63,955 nt of DNA, filler included, from Collodictyon triciliatum (GCA_043381765.1; 5 parts of 5 records of this genome joined end to end with filler, not necessarily neighbours in it), one strand, 5' to 3'. Shown: positions 34,287-52,744, counted from the first letter of the whole stretch. Numbers and translations: made by a program. The notes: generated by a model not told the origin, from the letters alone.

Positions 34287-37204
34287 TTTTAGGCGATGGA
34301 AAATGTTTGGAATAACACATCTGATTATTTCAATATAAGAGTACCATCGATAAAAAAAAAAGATCGAGTTTTTATTTCCGTGAGAAAATACTAGAATGGG
34401 CATTACCTGACAGTGAAAAAGAATAACCAAGTTCAGTTCCAAGTAAAAGAGGCAAAGCCGAGTCTGCATTATCCTCACCATTTAGATCTTCCAATAACTG
34501 ACTCAATGAATATTTGTGCGTTTGGGATGACCGCAACGAAGAACATACTATGAAATTAAACCTTGGACTCCATTTGGAGGGAATGTTGATACCAGAAATG
34601 ATATCTGCGCTCAGTTCTACGGAGGCGTTGATATGAGACATCGATCGCCCGGTGGCACATTCGTATAGAATGATTCCGAACCGATTGACCAGATAATATG
34701 GAGAGAGATTTGCTCTATTCAGAGTTGGGGTGGCACCTTCTTCCTTGATTTCCCTGAAATAATTTCCCAAGCTTTGCTCAGACAGTTTTGCCTGACCGTC
34801 TACAATAAAAATGCTTCGCGACTGAAGAGGGGAATACATGATGCCTTTAGAAGACAAGAAAAGTACTGCTTTAACTGCCTGGGTCATGTATTTGATGAAT
34901 TTGCGAGGAATCTCCTCTGACTTTTCAAAGCGGTTGTCAATAAACATTTTTTGCAAGTTCGAGTCAGCTAGGTTCTCTGTGAAATAGCCTATTGGCCTTA
35001 AAGTGTCGGAGTCAATACATACCGCAGAAATTTTGATGATGTTATCGTGGGTGGCAGACACCGTAGATTTTATGACGCTTACAAAGTTTTGGATATCGGG
35101 CAAGATGGACGGGTTGAATTCTTTCAAGAGAAAGGCTCCTTTATCTCTAACCTGCACAGTGTATAAAGCGTATGTGCTACCTTTCGTTTTGAGCTTCTTG
35201 TCAGAAATGATAGCAGTCTCGAAGCAGCAGATACCTTCTTCCAGGAGGAAATTTATGTAATCCGGATAAAGAATACTTATGCTCTCATTCACACCCCCCG
35301 GGGTATGTGCGACCGGTGAGATTTCTTTCGGTGCCACAGGAATTATGTCCAGTGGAGGATTTGGAGGTGCTTTCCATCCGGGTGCATCCAATAGACCTTG
35401 TTTTGGGGCTGGAAGTATCGATTGATTTTGCAATTTTGTAGTTATTTTAACAGGTACTTCTTTGCTGGATGATTTCACAGGTTGGCCTGTTTGAGTGTTG
35501 ACCGGCGAAAATTGGCTTTGTTTTGGTACTAATTTTGAGTGCTTTGGTTTGCCCATGTGGTATTCTTCCTCTGCATATTCGTCATCTTCATATTGGTCCT
35601 CGCCGTTATCGCTCTCAAAATCTGCATCATCAGAATTGCCTTTTGAACTGAGATATTGATGTGAGTGCTCCAACATAAAACTCGACTGGGGTGCACCTAC
35701 AGGTGCATTTGACCTCGGTAAGACTGTTACGTGTATCATTTGGTCGACCAAAGCATCGGACATTACTTGAACGTACAACTCATTCGTGTTTTTTGGTATT
35801 CCGACGGTCTTCAGCCTTTCAACAAACTTACACAGATTATCCCTCTTTGCAAACTGAATGTCTGCTTGCCCTGTTTTGAGACGTGAGTACAACACTTTAC
35901 CCTTATCGTGTTGGACTAACCCAGTGAACTGGTTCAAATCGATCGTTGCAGAGATATTGAAGATAGTAATGATATACGATTGAATCTTTGATTGTCTTAC
36001 TTTCCAACCAGGACTCTCGTTTTCGCACAAGTTGTCCTGAATGTATTTCAACCATTTCTGTGATAGATTTTCATTCGGTAGCACATAGGATCCAAATTTA
36101 TGCTTGGGGGAATAAAAACTCCATTTGTGTATTGATTTTCCAATGACCGAGCACTCCTTCATAACCCTGCTGAAGTCATCTCGCGTTTTAAGTCCGGTAA
36201 TATGGAGCTGGAAGTAGCACCACGTTTGCAAGTCTTTGAACTATATGATTATTGATTCACGAATCAAAGTTGACCTCTTTCATTTCAAATAAAATAGAAA
36301 TACAGAGAAGAATTTGAAAAACAAAGTGGATATGAGATTAAATAAAAATAAAAATAAAAAAAGGCATAGTACGGTGATGTAGTGGCATTAACACTTGAGG
36401 AAATGATAAAAGCAGCGCTATTCAACAACTTACATCAAAAGACATAATTGGGATTCCAGCCATACGCTCTTTTCCTTTTTTCGGATCTGCTTTTGCTGGC
36501 GGGCTACTTGAACGATTCACTTTAGTCCTCTGAGATGTTGGTGAGTGCCTCGCCTTCGGAAGAATAAAGGTGAATAGATTACAAAGAGCACATAGCCATG
36601 ACAACAAAAATGCGATGAATGTGCATCCCATTATAAAAACTGGACTACATCATATGTATATCAGACTAAACTCTCTTATCTTTCACAAGTTGCAAGGAGC
36701 AATCTCATAAATATAAGAATAAGCACATATTCGTACCGTGCTCGGCTGCTGTGTGTGGGAGGGTGAGAGGGAGCCACGTAAGGCCGATGCAATATGGGGT
36801 GGTGTTAATTGGCTTGACTCTAGCAGCGGCTCGGCTGGCTGCCGTTTTCCGGACTGGTCGTCAGAATCATCAACCAGTCTTAATTCCCTCATCTGATCGG
36901 CGGGAAACTCGATAGGAGGTCTTTTGATGCCTTGAATAATTGGTGGCTCTTGGCCGAGGATGTAAGCACTGATAAAGTTACCTGATAAAGATCCGTTTGG
37001 ATTCAGCGAAGCGCTCATCATTACCTCGATCGAGTCGCAGAACTGCTCAGCCGCTGTGAGGCTCCGGAACAGGATGTGGGCTGAGTTATTTGGGCGAAGC
37101 CAATAGTTTGAGCAGTCAGCACTGTGAGTGTTGAGTAGGAATTCGATGTTGACTTCATCCATCTCCATGTTGTGGTACTCTACAACAACCACGATGTTCT
37201 CCAT
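32265..37204 (-). CDS. Protein with RRM-like domains, a protein-kinase-fold pseudokinase and a Gln/Pro/His/Tyr-rich prion-like tail (~1397 aa)
   Basis: Exons 37204-36737, 36553-36434, 36240-34479, 34221-33922 and 33808-32265 are phase-compatible GT-AG. Kinase-fold motifs FLLKEF, HDNIIKI, AVLFLSSKGIM and FGIILYECATG are present. RRM-like beta-alpha patterns include IITIFNIS..GQADIQF and SAHILFRSLTAAEQF. Confidence 0.75.
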
Positions 37205-37769
37205 GGCGAGTGGGTTTGACCGATCGTCCTTTGTCGAGGGATGGCTGGGGTGTGTTTTGTGGGATGCGGGTCTTTATCAAGCCTTGCGGCTAGCTGCATT
37301 GAGAATTGTTTTATGTAAGTAGGTTTCTTTCTGTCAACTGAGCTTTGTATAATCGATGAGTTTTGAGATCTTGGGTTTTTTTGTTTTTTTGTTTTTTGTT
37401 TTTTGTTTTTTTGTTTTTTGTTTTTTTTTTTTTTTTTTGTTTTTTTGTTTTTTTNNNNNNNNNNNNNNNNNNNNNNNNNNNNNNNNNNNNNNNNNNNNTT
37501 AATTAATTAANNNNNNNNNNNNNNNNNNNNNNNNNNNNNNNNNNNNNNNNNNNNCCGAACAAAACAAAACAAAACAAAACAAAACAAAACAAAACAAAAC
37601 AAAACAAAACAAAACAAAACAAAACAAAACAAAACAAAACAAAACAAAACAAAATAAACAGGCTGTGCAAGTAGAGATGATAACAATGAGCTATTTTCAT
37701 CTGAAATTTAATATATGCTTTCGTGACTGGATTGATCGACAACACATTAATGCGATAGTTTTGTGGAAA

Positions 37770-40522
37770 TCGTACATCCCAGATGTTGCCAGATAGCTCA
37801 AGGATAATTTTGGAGTTTCTGCTAGAGATGAAAATGACACTGTCCTAAGTGCAGCCTGAGTTACATTTGCCTTAGCAAACTCGTACATAATCCAGTTTTT
37901 GACCTCCATATCCATCTCTGATATTGTCGAATAGAGTAAAGTAAATTGCAACAATTGATACTTATGACATATACGTGAATAAATAATATAAAGCATGGAG
38001 TGTTGTAGATGTTAGTATCAAAAGGAACAACAAGATAATATATCTACGATTAGAATCTTCAGAAGGATTTGAGATAGCAAGTGGTACCTGCTTTTGACTC
38101 TTTCATTTGCTTTTTAAAGTCAGGATTGAAAATATTCGGGTTCGTTAAAATTGTGGTCATTACTTCAATATCAGTTCCATGAGACTCGTAAAGGGCTACA
38201 ATTAGATTGGGAAGATAAGTAATATAGAAAAATAAATAAATTTAAAAATACCATTTCATGGTGTTTCCCCATGTTTTTTCATATATACTAGCGGACAGTG
38301 CAATACATATTTAAGACTCACAATATGCATCAACGGAATAAAGGTACTTAAATATTTGAGGGAAAGCTAAATAATACACTCAAACATATACTAAAACAAG
38401 TAAGACTCAGTAATACCTTGATCTCCTCGCCACCGAGCCATGATTTCCAGCGCCTTTTCAATAGGAGAATCCAAGTCGAATGTCTTTTTTCTTAGTGTAG
38501 TGAGTCTCTCTATCTTCCCTTTCAGTATGTCATTTTTCCTATTTAAATATCTCTCATACAGAAAAGTCCTTCTTGATGCGCGTTCTGAGAGCCTCGCTAC
38601 ATAAGCCATCATTACTGAGGTAATCAATACAATTGTTGAAAAATACGCGCCCCTAATATTGGTAGAGGCTGTCTGGAATCCATACTGGTTGACCAAGTTC
38701 AGGATTGTGAGAACTGTCCCATGTATTACGACATGAATATACGGCAGACCAAAAATGGGATGGCTGATACCGTAAAATAAGAAGACGAATAGGATGCAAG
38801 TAGTGTAGCTGTCTCTTCCTTTGTACAGAGTAAATAAATCCTCTATTGAAAGATTGAAATTGAAAAGAGGATACAATGGCATTTGATTGGAAGGCGAATC
38901 TAAACAAATGTATAGAAAAGCAATCTTGCGCAAATTGAAAGGGAAAATGAAGAAAATGAAGAAAAATGTATATACTCAATAGTATTACAAAAGCACACCT
39001 TTCTCATCATATGTTTCTAGCCCCGTATGTATGGAGTTCTAGATTCACCGAATTTTATTGTTAGATGATAATTGCTACGGCATTTAATTATTTGCCAATA
39101 AATGCTGAAATATAGTACTAGAGGGATATGTTCATATCAAATTTCAGAGAAAAAGTAGGGTACCCTGATACTATCCACGGTTTGTGTCGTTAGTCCATCC
39201 AGGATGACAAATCCAATAATTACCGATGCAATTGTAATATCAAACAGATACACAAGTGTTTTTGTGGATAATTTTTTGTAGAGGGATATCAACCCTGTTG
39301 CTATCGAGACTGACGTGAATGCGCTGGCATAACAAAAGTACTGCCAAGCCTTTGGGAGCATACTCAAACTTATCTTCTCATTATATGCCGCGTAGTACAC
39401 TCCATAGTAGACTGTTGTGACCAAAACTGACAGCCGAATCCCAAGTATAATCCAGAATCTGTGCTCTTCATAGTATTTTTCCCAAAACTCAGTTTCCAGT
39501 CTTGTTTCATTCACGAATTGATTCTTGAACACAGTCATGGAGACCGATTCAGAAATTGATATATCCGTGCGAGTATTTTCAAGTCCAGACTAAATGTGTA
39601 AAGAGAGATTTATGCTAATACTACTACGAAAACAAAAACAAAAACAAAAACAAAAACAAAAACAAAAACAAAAACAAAAACAAAAACAAAAACAAAAACA
39701 AAAACAAAAACAAAAACAAAAACAAAAACAAAACAACAATAATATTAACAAATAATTGGGCGTATATCAGAGATATATAGGTGTAATTAAAGTAGAAGTT
39801 TTTCGTCTTAAGTAGTTTTAATGTACAAAATATTAAAAAGCATTTATTCATCGAACTTTCAAAATAAAATTTCTCAATTTTTTATGTTAAAATATGCTTG
39901 GAACGCAAACATATTTGAAAAACCACAAAATAAGAATAAAAATCATCCCATTATCGATATAAATATATATGAATCATGTGCAGGAGTAAAATTAAATATC
40001 TTGACGATTTTATTAAAATCGATGATGATTTCAAGAAGCTCAACGAAATAAAAACAACTTTAATATTTCTTTACAAGTGCCTTATATAACCTTGCTATTA
40101 TCTCCCATTGAGACCCCAGAGTTGCTGAGCACATCGTCGTGCGTATCATCCCTAATCCTGAAAGAAGGAATCAAGGACCTGACCGACATTTGGACAGAGA
40201 AGCGAGGCGGCATTTTCTTGGCCTGCGCATCGGTCTCAGCGGGAACCAAAACTGGGACGGGGTGTGAACTCGATGGATTCTGCGAACCCGGCGAAATCGC
40301 TGCGGTTGAGGGACTTGGACTGACACTTGGACTCACTTGAATCGACCGGACACTGGAAGTAAATCGATCGGGTGTCAAAAGATTCATGCTGACCGGAGGC
40401 TTTGGAAGTTGTCCAGTGCTTGCATTATGGCTCGATTTGAGATTCGCATTTGAGTTTGGGCTTGGCACAATACCAAAGGCTTCAGGTGGGGATGAAGAGG
40501 AGCCGAGAGGCTTCACAGACAT
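37770..40522 (-). CDS. Multi-pass membrane protein with a pre-catalytic region typical of class I cyclic-nucleotide phosphodiesterases; catalytic domain lost in the gap (partial)
   Basis: Ser/Pro-rich N-terminus, about 6 hydrophobic helices ending ARLSERASRRTFLYE, then DLDSPIEKALEIM..ILTNPNIFNPDF..MDMEVKNWIMYEF, which resembles the helical linker preceding PDEase_I domains. The HD domain itself is not visible. Confidence 0.55.
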
Positions 40523-41515
40523 TGCGCTAGGACGGGGTAATAATCGGCGAGTCTCGGCGAGTCTTGGTGATTCCTTAAGGCAGCTTCTGCGTGTGAATGC
40601 GAAGCATAAGGGATCGATGTATATATTGCTTTTGATTATCATTCTTTATCTTTTTGTTTCTACATTGTCTTCTTTTTTTTTTCTCTGTCTCTGTCTCTCT
40701 CTATTTCCCTTTCCCCGTATGAGACTTGCCGATAATATAATCTCTTGGTATGGGAGATCGTCAATCCACGGCAGCGAAGCAGAGAGAACGAGTCGATCGT
40801 TTGTTGTGTGTGATATTCCGATTGCGAGTTGCGGCCCAGAATAAAAATCTGGTGAAAGAGTCCGTATCTCCTCGCCTCTCGAAGCAAAAGAGCAAGGCAC
40901 ACAACAGGAAATGACAAGGAATCCCCAGTCGGACTACAAAACACGCAGCCTTCTTGGCCTTCTCGATTCTGTTTGGAAACGAATGTCTGGCAACGCGGTT
41001 GTTGTCATTCCCCATCCGAAATGTTCTCGACTTATTGTTTTCTTGGTGTAATGGGTCTGCTTTGGAAAAGGAAGGTGCCTGACAGCTCTAGAAGGGCTGT
41101 TCAGCATAATTTCTTGTACCATCAACGTGTGGGTATAAAGAAAAAGGTATGTATGTGGCTGTTTCTATTATATTAATGAAACAATAGATGGTAGGTACAC
41201 ACCATTTTGGATATTCGCTTGAATTTTCCTTTTTTTTTACTGAAATTAATAATACGCAGGTCGCCGGGTTGAGAACAAAAATGGAAAAGAGAATTCAATA
41301 TAATACAGTTAAAAATTTATTCGTTCTTGGATTGTGATTAAAAAATTGCTTTATAATTGTAAACATGTATGAGTAAATCATATATAAATAAAATCCAATT
41401 ATGGTATGATTCCCGAGATATTGGATCTATCGAGACACAAAGGCAGGCAGACAAAAGAGAGCCTTTGGGCCAAGGGCAAATAGAAGAAAAGAGCATAACA
41501 AGAAAAAAAAAAAAA

Positions 41516-41690
41516 CACACATATCCACACGCCACACTTAGAATACCATCACCACAACAAACATGACCTAGACAGCCCATTTCTCATGTAAAAAAAAAAA
41601 AAAAAAAAAAAAAAAACACACATATCCACACGCCACACTTAGAATACCATCACCACAACAAACATGACCTAGACAGCCCATTTCTCATGT
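41516..41690. repeat. Perfect 74-bp direct duplication separated by a poly(A) run
   Basis: CACACATATCCACACGCC...TTTCTCATGT occurs at 41516-41589 and 41617-41690. Confidence 0.95.
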
Positions 41691-41729
41691 AAAAAAAAAA
41701 ATAAAAATAAAATAAAAATAGAGACGCAA

Positions 41730-42144
41730 ATGAGCTTCCGCACTCTGCCGAATCCCTTCAGTATAGACGAGTCGCGCCTTCGGGGTTCGCAAACACAGCA
41801 GCAGACGTCGGCGTTCAATCTCGCAGGGTCGACGCACACACCTACGCCTCCGATATATTCAAAGCCCCAAACAGGCCCTTCTGATTCACTTGCTGTCGGA
41901 AAAGCAGAGACCAGAACACACACCACTCAGGCTGCCAACGGCCCAAGTCTCGAACGTCCAAGTTCTCAACCCAAAAGAAATATAGAAACAAACACAAACC
42001 TTTTGTTTTCGTCGCAAGAGGCTAGCCACAGAGGTTCATATCACACACTCATGCAATTTTTTATTTATTTATTTATTTATTTATTATAATTATTATAATT
42101 ATTATTTTCATTATTTTCTTATTCTTATTCGTACAATCATTGTT

Positions 42145-42176
<32 letters not shown>

Positions 42177-45100
42177 AACTATGTTTATCGTATTACTCTC
42201 TCTAGACTTTGGTTAGATTACATATGAATATGTATTTTTCATCGCGATTTTGATGATAAAAATTCATGAATTATAACGGTACTAAAGCTCTATATCACCT
42301 TTATGTGTATATATAGGCGGATATAAACCAAAGTACTTTCTAGAACATGAGCAATCATCAGATAGCGGAGTGCATAATTACTTGAATCAGAACCTTCAAA
42401 CACCTAAATCACAAAGTTTGCAAGTGGAAGGAAGGAGTTCGAACAATTTATTGGACATTGCCGATGAACTCGTTAGCGACGTATCTGATTCTGTTGGAGA
42501 TTCTATTTCGGACATGAATGATGGCGAGGAGCCTTTTCGAGCCAGTGGTTCGAATCACAAGGCTTCAATCCGAGAACATGACTACGGAACATCAACCAGC
42601 AGCCATACAAAACCGAGTGACCTGTCAAGAAATGGACTTAACCATATGTCACTCAATAAGTCAACTCAATTACACATGGAGATTATGGGTTTGGGCTTAG
42701 ATGCAAATGAGCGAAAAGAGCTCCATAAGCATCATGGGACCTCGTCTGCATCTTCAAAATCTGCTCATATGAAAATAGGAGAACAACAAAATGAAGATAA
42801 AAGGTTATATCAAGAGTATTTACGTTCTCGTACCCCAGTAAAATTGTGAGTGATTATAAAATTTTATTTATTTAATACTACACTTATCAAAAAATTTTTG
42901 GTTGTTCATCTCAAATAATATATCTGGAGAAATATTTTGATTAAATAATACATGTTCCTAATTTTTTTATAATGTTGATTGTATCAAATGTTTAATGTGA
43001 CAATACATTTTTATATTGCTTGAGAATTTCAATAAAGTATTATAATTTTTCTTAGGCTTGGAGACGGGAGCGTTTCCCCTGAAAAATCAGCAACTGCAGT
43101 ATCTAACGGTAGGTGTCGAACAAATTTTCCTCTTTATTTGATAGTAGGTGACAAACGATAATAGTTCATATGTCTTCTTCTGACGTAATATATTGCAGGA
43201 GATGTTCATGTTTGAATTACAAAGTCGTATTCTCTCTGATCTTCTTTTACAGACTCACTTATGAATACCAATACCATATTTTTTTCACCAACAGAAAAAA
43301 TATCTTCAAAGAAATCGGAAAATGGAGAAATGTTATCAGAGATACCGAGACGAACCACCCCAACCCGCTCGAGTTTATCTACTGAAGCAACTAGATCGAA
43401 TAAGGATGTATTTCCTCGGCAATCATCTCCTTTTTCAGGAACACCAAACCATGAAAATTCACGCGTAAGTCTCTTGTGCCAAATCTAGACCCCTTCACCA
43501 GAGTAGAAAAGAATGAAATGAATCGATATATGAAGGTCGTAGTTTTCGGTTCTGACTTTCGAAATTATCTCAGATACTTGACATGTAAAATTTTTAGTAA
43601 GATTCGCTATTAATTTACAAAAAGGTTATATTTTGCTCACTACATTAGAACCGACCAGCATTTTCTGTGTTGAATATATCCTCACTGACGACCGACAGCA
43701 GCGAAGACCCATTTCAGGGCCAAACAGTCCAATTTGCAAGTCCCGCCTCTGGTCACCAAACGCTCATGAGGATGGGTAACCAAGATACAACAAACCTCTT
43801 TGCTGCAGTGGTAATAAGCTACTCATTATATTGGCTCGATACATTCGCGTGTTTTATCACCACTATGCAAAATGAAAAAGCATAATACCGTGCTAATCTA
43901 TTGTTTCCATTTGTTATATAATTTGTCAGTATCAAAGACAAAGAATATGTGATTATCAACTCATTTGCACCAGTATTTAAATTGTATTTTTCTTAAATTA
44001 TTGGCGATGCTTTGGTAAGTATGTGCTCTCAATCTAATTGAAAAGTTTGGATAAAACTAGAACGAAAGGGGAGCTGAACCTATTCGAGAAAATACCAGCA
44101 TATTTACTGCACCAAATCCTGTTCGAATGGGCGAAAACAGAGAAATAAGACAATCTCACAGATCAGTAATATTCTGCCAAATATCTTGTGCATATAATTT
44201 TTCTCTCTAAAAGATAAACACATAATCTAGATTGGTTAGAAAATTAAAATTTTGTATGAACATTTTGAAACCAACTTTATGGGAATAATCAAAACAAATA
44301 TTTTTTAAGGGAATTTTTTATGATTCATTTATGTATATTTGTTGGTGCAATCCCAGAAACTCAACACCCAAAGCACAGCCTCAACGAAAGGGTCATCCTT
44401 GTCCACATCAACTACTCATGCAGGAGCATCTAATCCAAAAAGTAATCATGACTCCCTAGTAAAATACCTGCATTAAATTATTGAAAAAAACTATGAGACT
44501 TGGCATTGACACTCTTGTTAAAAAAAAAAACTGAAATATACGTGCTATAAAGCCGAACAGAAGTCTACTCGCGCTGATTCCTCTGGCGAGCATGGTCGAT
44601 TTCCATCTCCTCAAAAACTACACGCGCGTGAGAATGGAAGCAACATCGGCCACACTGACTTTGTTTTGAGGAAGCAACCAATAGCGACTGCAAAGATTTC
44701 TTCGTCATCGCAATCCTTCTTCATCCGGGATGAAGTTGAATCAAGCGGGTCCATGAGCCAAGTTACTAACTTTTCCATCTACAAATATATTCGCATCAAA
44801 CATAACGACCTTTTACCCAATCCCATATTTCCCCTTCATTTTAGTAACCCTTTTTATCAATATATTAAAAAACAGTTTTCTTTTTTTGATTCGTAATGTA
44901 GGTTGAGCAACATAACTCTTCGCCTTCTGTCTCTCAACTCAAAGAAGAAAATGTGGTATTGCGCCGTCAGTTAGAAGATTCGCAGCTCTCTGTTAAACTC
45001 CTTCAGCAAAAGATACACACTTTCCACGATGCTGCAAAGGAGCTCTCCATATCACTCGCGCATTCTTTGCCAGATTCTGGGTCTTCAGACCAGTTGAGAA

Positions 45101-45351
45101 CAGTCCAAAGCTGGTTTTCCCGTGTAGATGCCATCCTATCCCTCCAGTCGCCAAATACACAACCCAGTAAAAAGCCTGACTCAGACTCGAAATCCCAGCA
45201 GAGAACCTCCACAGAAGGTGATGAGTCTGTGCAGGTACACAATAGTCGCTCCACTGTCACACTGCACCCAGCCGGACTTGATTACGCCCGCGGCCCAAGC
45301 TTCCTTACTGACCAGCAGACAGGACTTCGTGCAACCCGTACAAATTACTGA
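41730..45351 (+). CDS. Multi-exon Ser-rich hypothetical protein with C-terminal coiled coil
   Basis: ATG at 41730 and a series of GT-AG exons (e.g. ~42317-42845, ~43295-43464, ~43650-43810, 44902-45351). The last exon has the heptad segment SQLKEENVVLRRQLEDSQLSVKLLQQKI. Confidence 0.6.
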
Positions 45352-46088
45352 TGCGAGTAGTAGGGGCAGATGCAATCGTCTGTAGAAGGGATTATGTGGT
45401 GTGTTGGCAGAATAAATGCTGTGTTTGGGCAGTAACATGCAATGGTGTCCACCGTGAATGTTTCCAGAAAGGCATCTCAGCATCAGCAACAAAAGGGCAG
45501 GTGGCTTGGTACTCACATAAATTGAGGAAGAAAAAGTTCATCGCAGTCATTTCGTTGTTCAATCACGGGCCCAAGATAATACATTTAGAAATAATCACTG
45601 CCAGTATAATTTAACGATGTTTTTTTTTTAATGATGAATAGCCAACAATCATAGATATAGCCAACTTTTAAAACTTTTGAGTGTGCGCTTTTCTCCTCAA
45701 ATTCGAATTAGTAAAACAACTCCACTTGTTCTTGGGATTATTTGTGACAAACTTCTGACAACTGCAATGTCGTTCTCGAGCCATAATCATGAATGCACAC
45801 ATCGCAGTCCCTTTGTGTATGGGTGATGGAGTTTGTGCCATTTAATGAGTGGGAAATCCGTTGTTCAATATAACTTGAAAGATGATTGAAATGAAAATGG
45901 AAAAAGGAAAATTCAATGGATAGAATAGAGTAGGATATGATCCGATTCGAAGAAATAAAGTCTTGGTTCTATGAGTAATAAAAGGGAGACCGAATCAAAG
46001 AGTTTCATGCATGCCTTGGCGAAAAAGAAAAAGAAAGAAATAAGCTCGAAAGTGATGGAGCGTATCTCTTTGGCGGCACATTTCTTCG

Positions 46089-48568
<2,480 letters not shown>

Positions 48569-48991
48569 GTCGGTGCGGGTTTCGAGGTTGTCTTGACGGT
48601 CTCTAAGGGGATAAAAATAAGATGGGTCATGGGTTTCGAGTTGTTTGATTGTTGCTCCTCAGCGTCCGTGGCAATCAGTGGGTCATGTGTTCGGCCCTCC
48701 TTTCACGGGCGTGTTTGGATAAGTGGCTTTGAAGCGGAGATTCATGCTGTTTAATGGCACGTCACCAACAGGCTGCATGAACCAGATATTCTGTGGAATT
48801 CCACAAATGGATATTTTAATTAATAGGTTTGTGGCTGGGTCAGTGGCCACTGCATGAATAAAATCAGTGCGTCTTAATGCAATATCAAATTCAGTTTAAA
48901 TAATTGATGAACTATATCAGGACACTTAATTAACCTATTAGTGCAGAATATAATAAGTTCCACAAAAGAGGTTACAGGCAGGAAAAGATTC

Positions 48992-49064
48992 TGGAGGTGA
49001 CGGGCATCGATCCCGTTACCTCTCGCATGCTAAGCGAGCGCTCTACCATCTGAGCTACACCCCC
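48992..49064 (-). tRNA. tRNA-Ala (anticodon AGC)
   Basis: Reverse complement GGGGGTGTAGCTCAGATGGTAGAGCGCTCGCTTAGCATGCGAGAGGTAACGGGATCGATGCCCGTCACCTCCA is a 73-nt cloverleaf with a G3:U70 pair, anticodon loop TTAGCAT and the eukaryotic Ala-type GATCGA T-loop. Confidence 0.97.
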
Positions 49065-49229
49065 TGACTTACTAATGAGAGGAAAATATATTATATAATT
49101 ACAATATACTCCATTCATCTCCTTCCTTCTATCTTCCATTCCCTCATGGGCGCATTATGTGTGTCAAGTTTATTTTGTCAAGGCGGCGAACCCAGAGGCT
49201 TTGTGTCCACCGATGCGCTTGAGATACGT

Positions 49230-49898
49230 TTAGTTCTTTGACCTGGGCAGTTGTGAGCGAATAGCCTTAGTTGCTAAAGGAAGAAGTAGGCACACAGGAC
49301 ACACCTCAACTCCCGTCACGTAAAAGACCACCGAAAACAAGAATGATGCGCATATATATGTTTGGGGTAGAAAAGAAAGAGTGCAACACGACAAGATATA
49401 CGATAGCTCGAAGTGACAAAGGAATCGTACTGTTGGTATCCGATGGCGACGAGAGGGAGGCTAATGCCGAGGCCGAACCAGCCGAAGACGAGGAATGCTA
49501 CCTTTCCCTTGTGCTTGGCTCCAGTGACGAAGGGCAAGGACTGGAATAAAGCGCGAGTGAAAAATTATCAAGATATGGAAAAGATATCATAAGAAAGGGA
49601 ACAACGACACAGTAGAAGCAGCCTTACCACGAAGTGGATTTCATGTCTTGAAAGGCAGATAAAAAAAAAGACAAGAAAATAAGGATGCTCCTGGGCTGTT
49701 TGAACTCGTCTTGTTAGGCAGAATTGCAAAAGCAGGGCAAAAAAAAGGAGTAAAAAAATAAAAAAAAATAAAAAAAGGGTGGCATACGTCTCCAGGGCCA
49801 AGCTCGTGGGGGAGATCGTGGCTTCCTCCGCGGCGGACAGCAGAAGTGGTGAGGTTGCGGGAAGCAAGGCGGGCGACTGGGGCAACACGGCTGAGCAT
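49230..49898 (-). CDS. COX7C: Cytochrome c oxidase subunit 7C (yeast Cox8 family), 3 exons
   Basis: Mitochondrial presequence MLSRVAPVARLASRNLTTSAVRR, then HELGPGDSLPF..FGWFGLGISLPLVAIGYQQSKN*, matching COX7C ([23 protein letters not shown]...FATPF). Confidence 0.85.
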
Positions 49899-50499
49899 TG
49901 TGCTGACGACGATGGTTTCTGAAAACAAAGAGGATTGTAGTTGAGATCCAGCTTTCTCACAGTTCATCCATAGAATGTTTTCTCACAGTTCAATGGGTTG
50001 GTCTGAGACAAAGGAAAAGGTTATTAGTTTACTGGTGGTATTGCCTTCCAGCTATTCCAACTAAACTTTTCTTTATTTTTTTTCTCAGCACAGAAGCCCA
50101 AGAATGGGCTTTGTTGGCCAGATGCCTGGCTTGTAGGCATATTGTGAGAGGGAGAATCCGACTCAGCCTCCAGTTTCTAGCGTCTGAGTTGTCTCCAAGC
50201 AAAATAAGGTTGGAATCTGATTTTGATCCGGTCGTTGTGACTTGATGAGTGCGCGCGGTAGGTGATGTCCGATCCTTGCGAATCGAGAGCGCCTGATTCA
50301 TCTTCGCGCTGGCTTATTCGTGGCTTGCTTGTAATGTCGTCACAGCCATCGAGAGAATTGTACAAAATATATACTATATAAAGAAAAATTAATTTAAGGT
50401 TCATTATTTTTTCTATATGTGGAAATTATGCAAGGAGGTCAATGTCGACAGAGTTAAACGGGTATGGTGGAACGGGTTTGCTTTGGTGGCTTTATTCCT

Positions 50500-52744
<2,245 letters not shown>

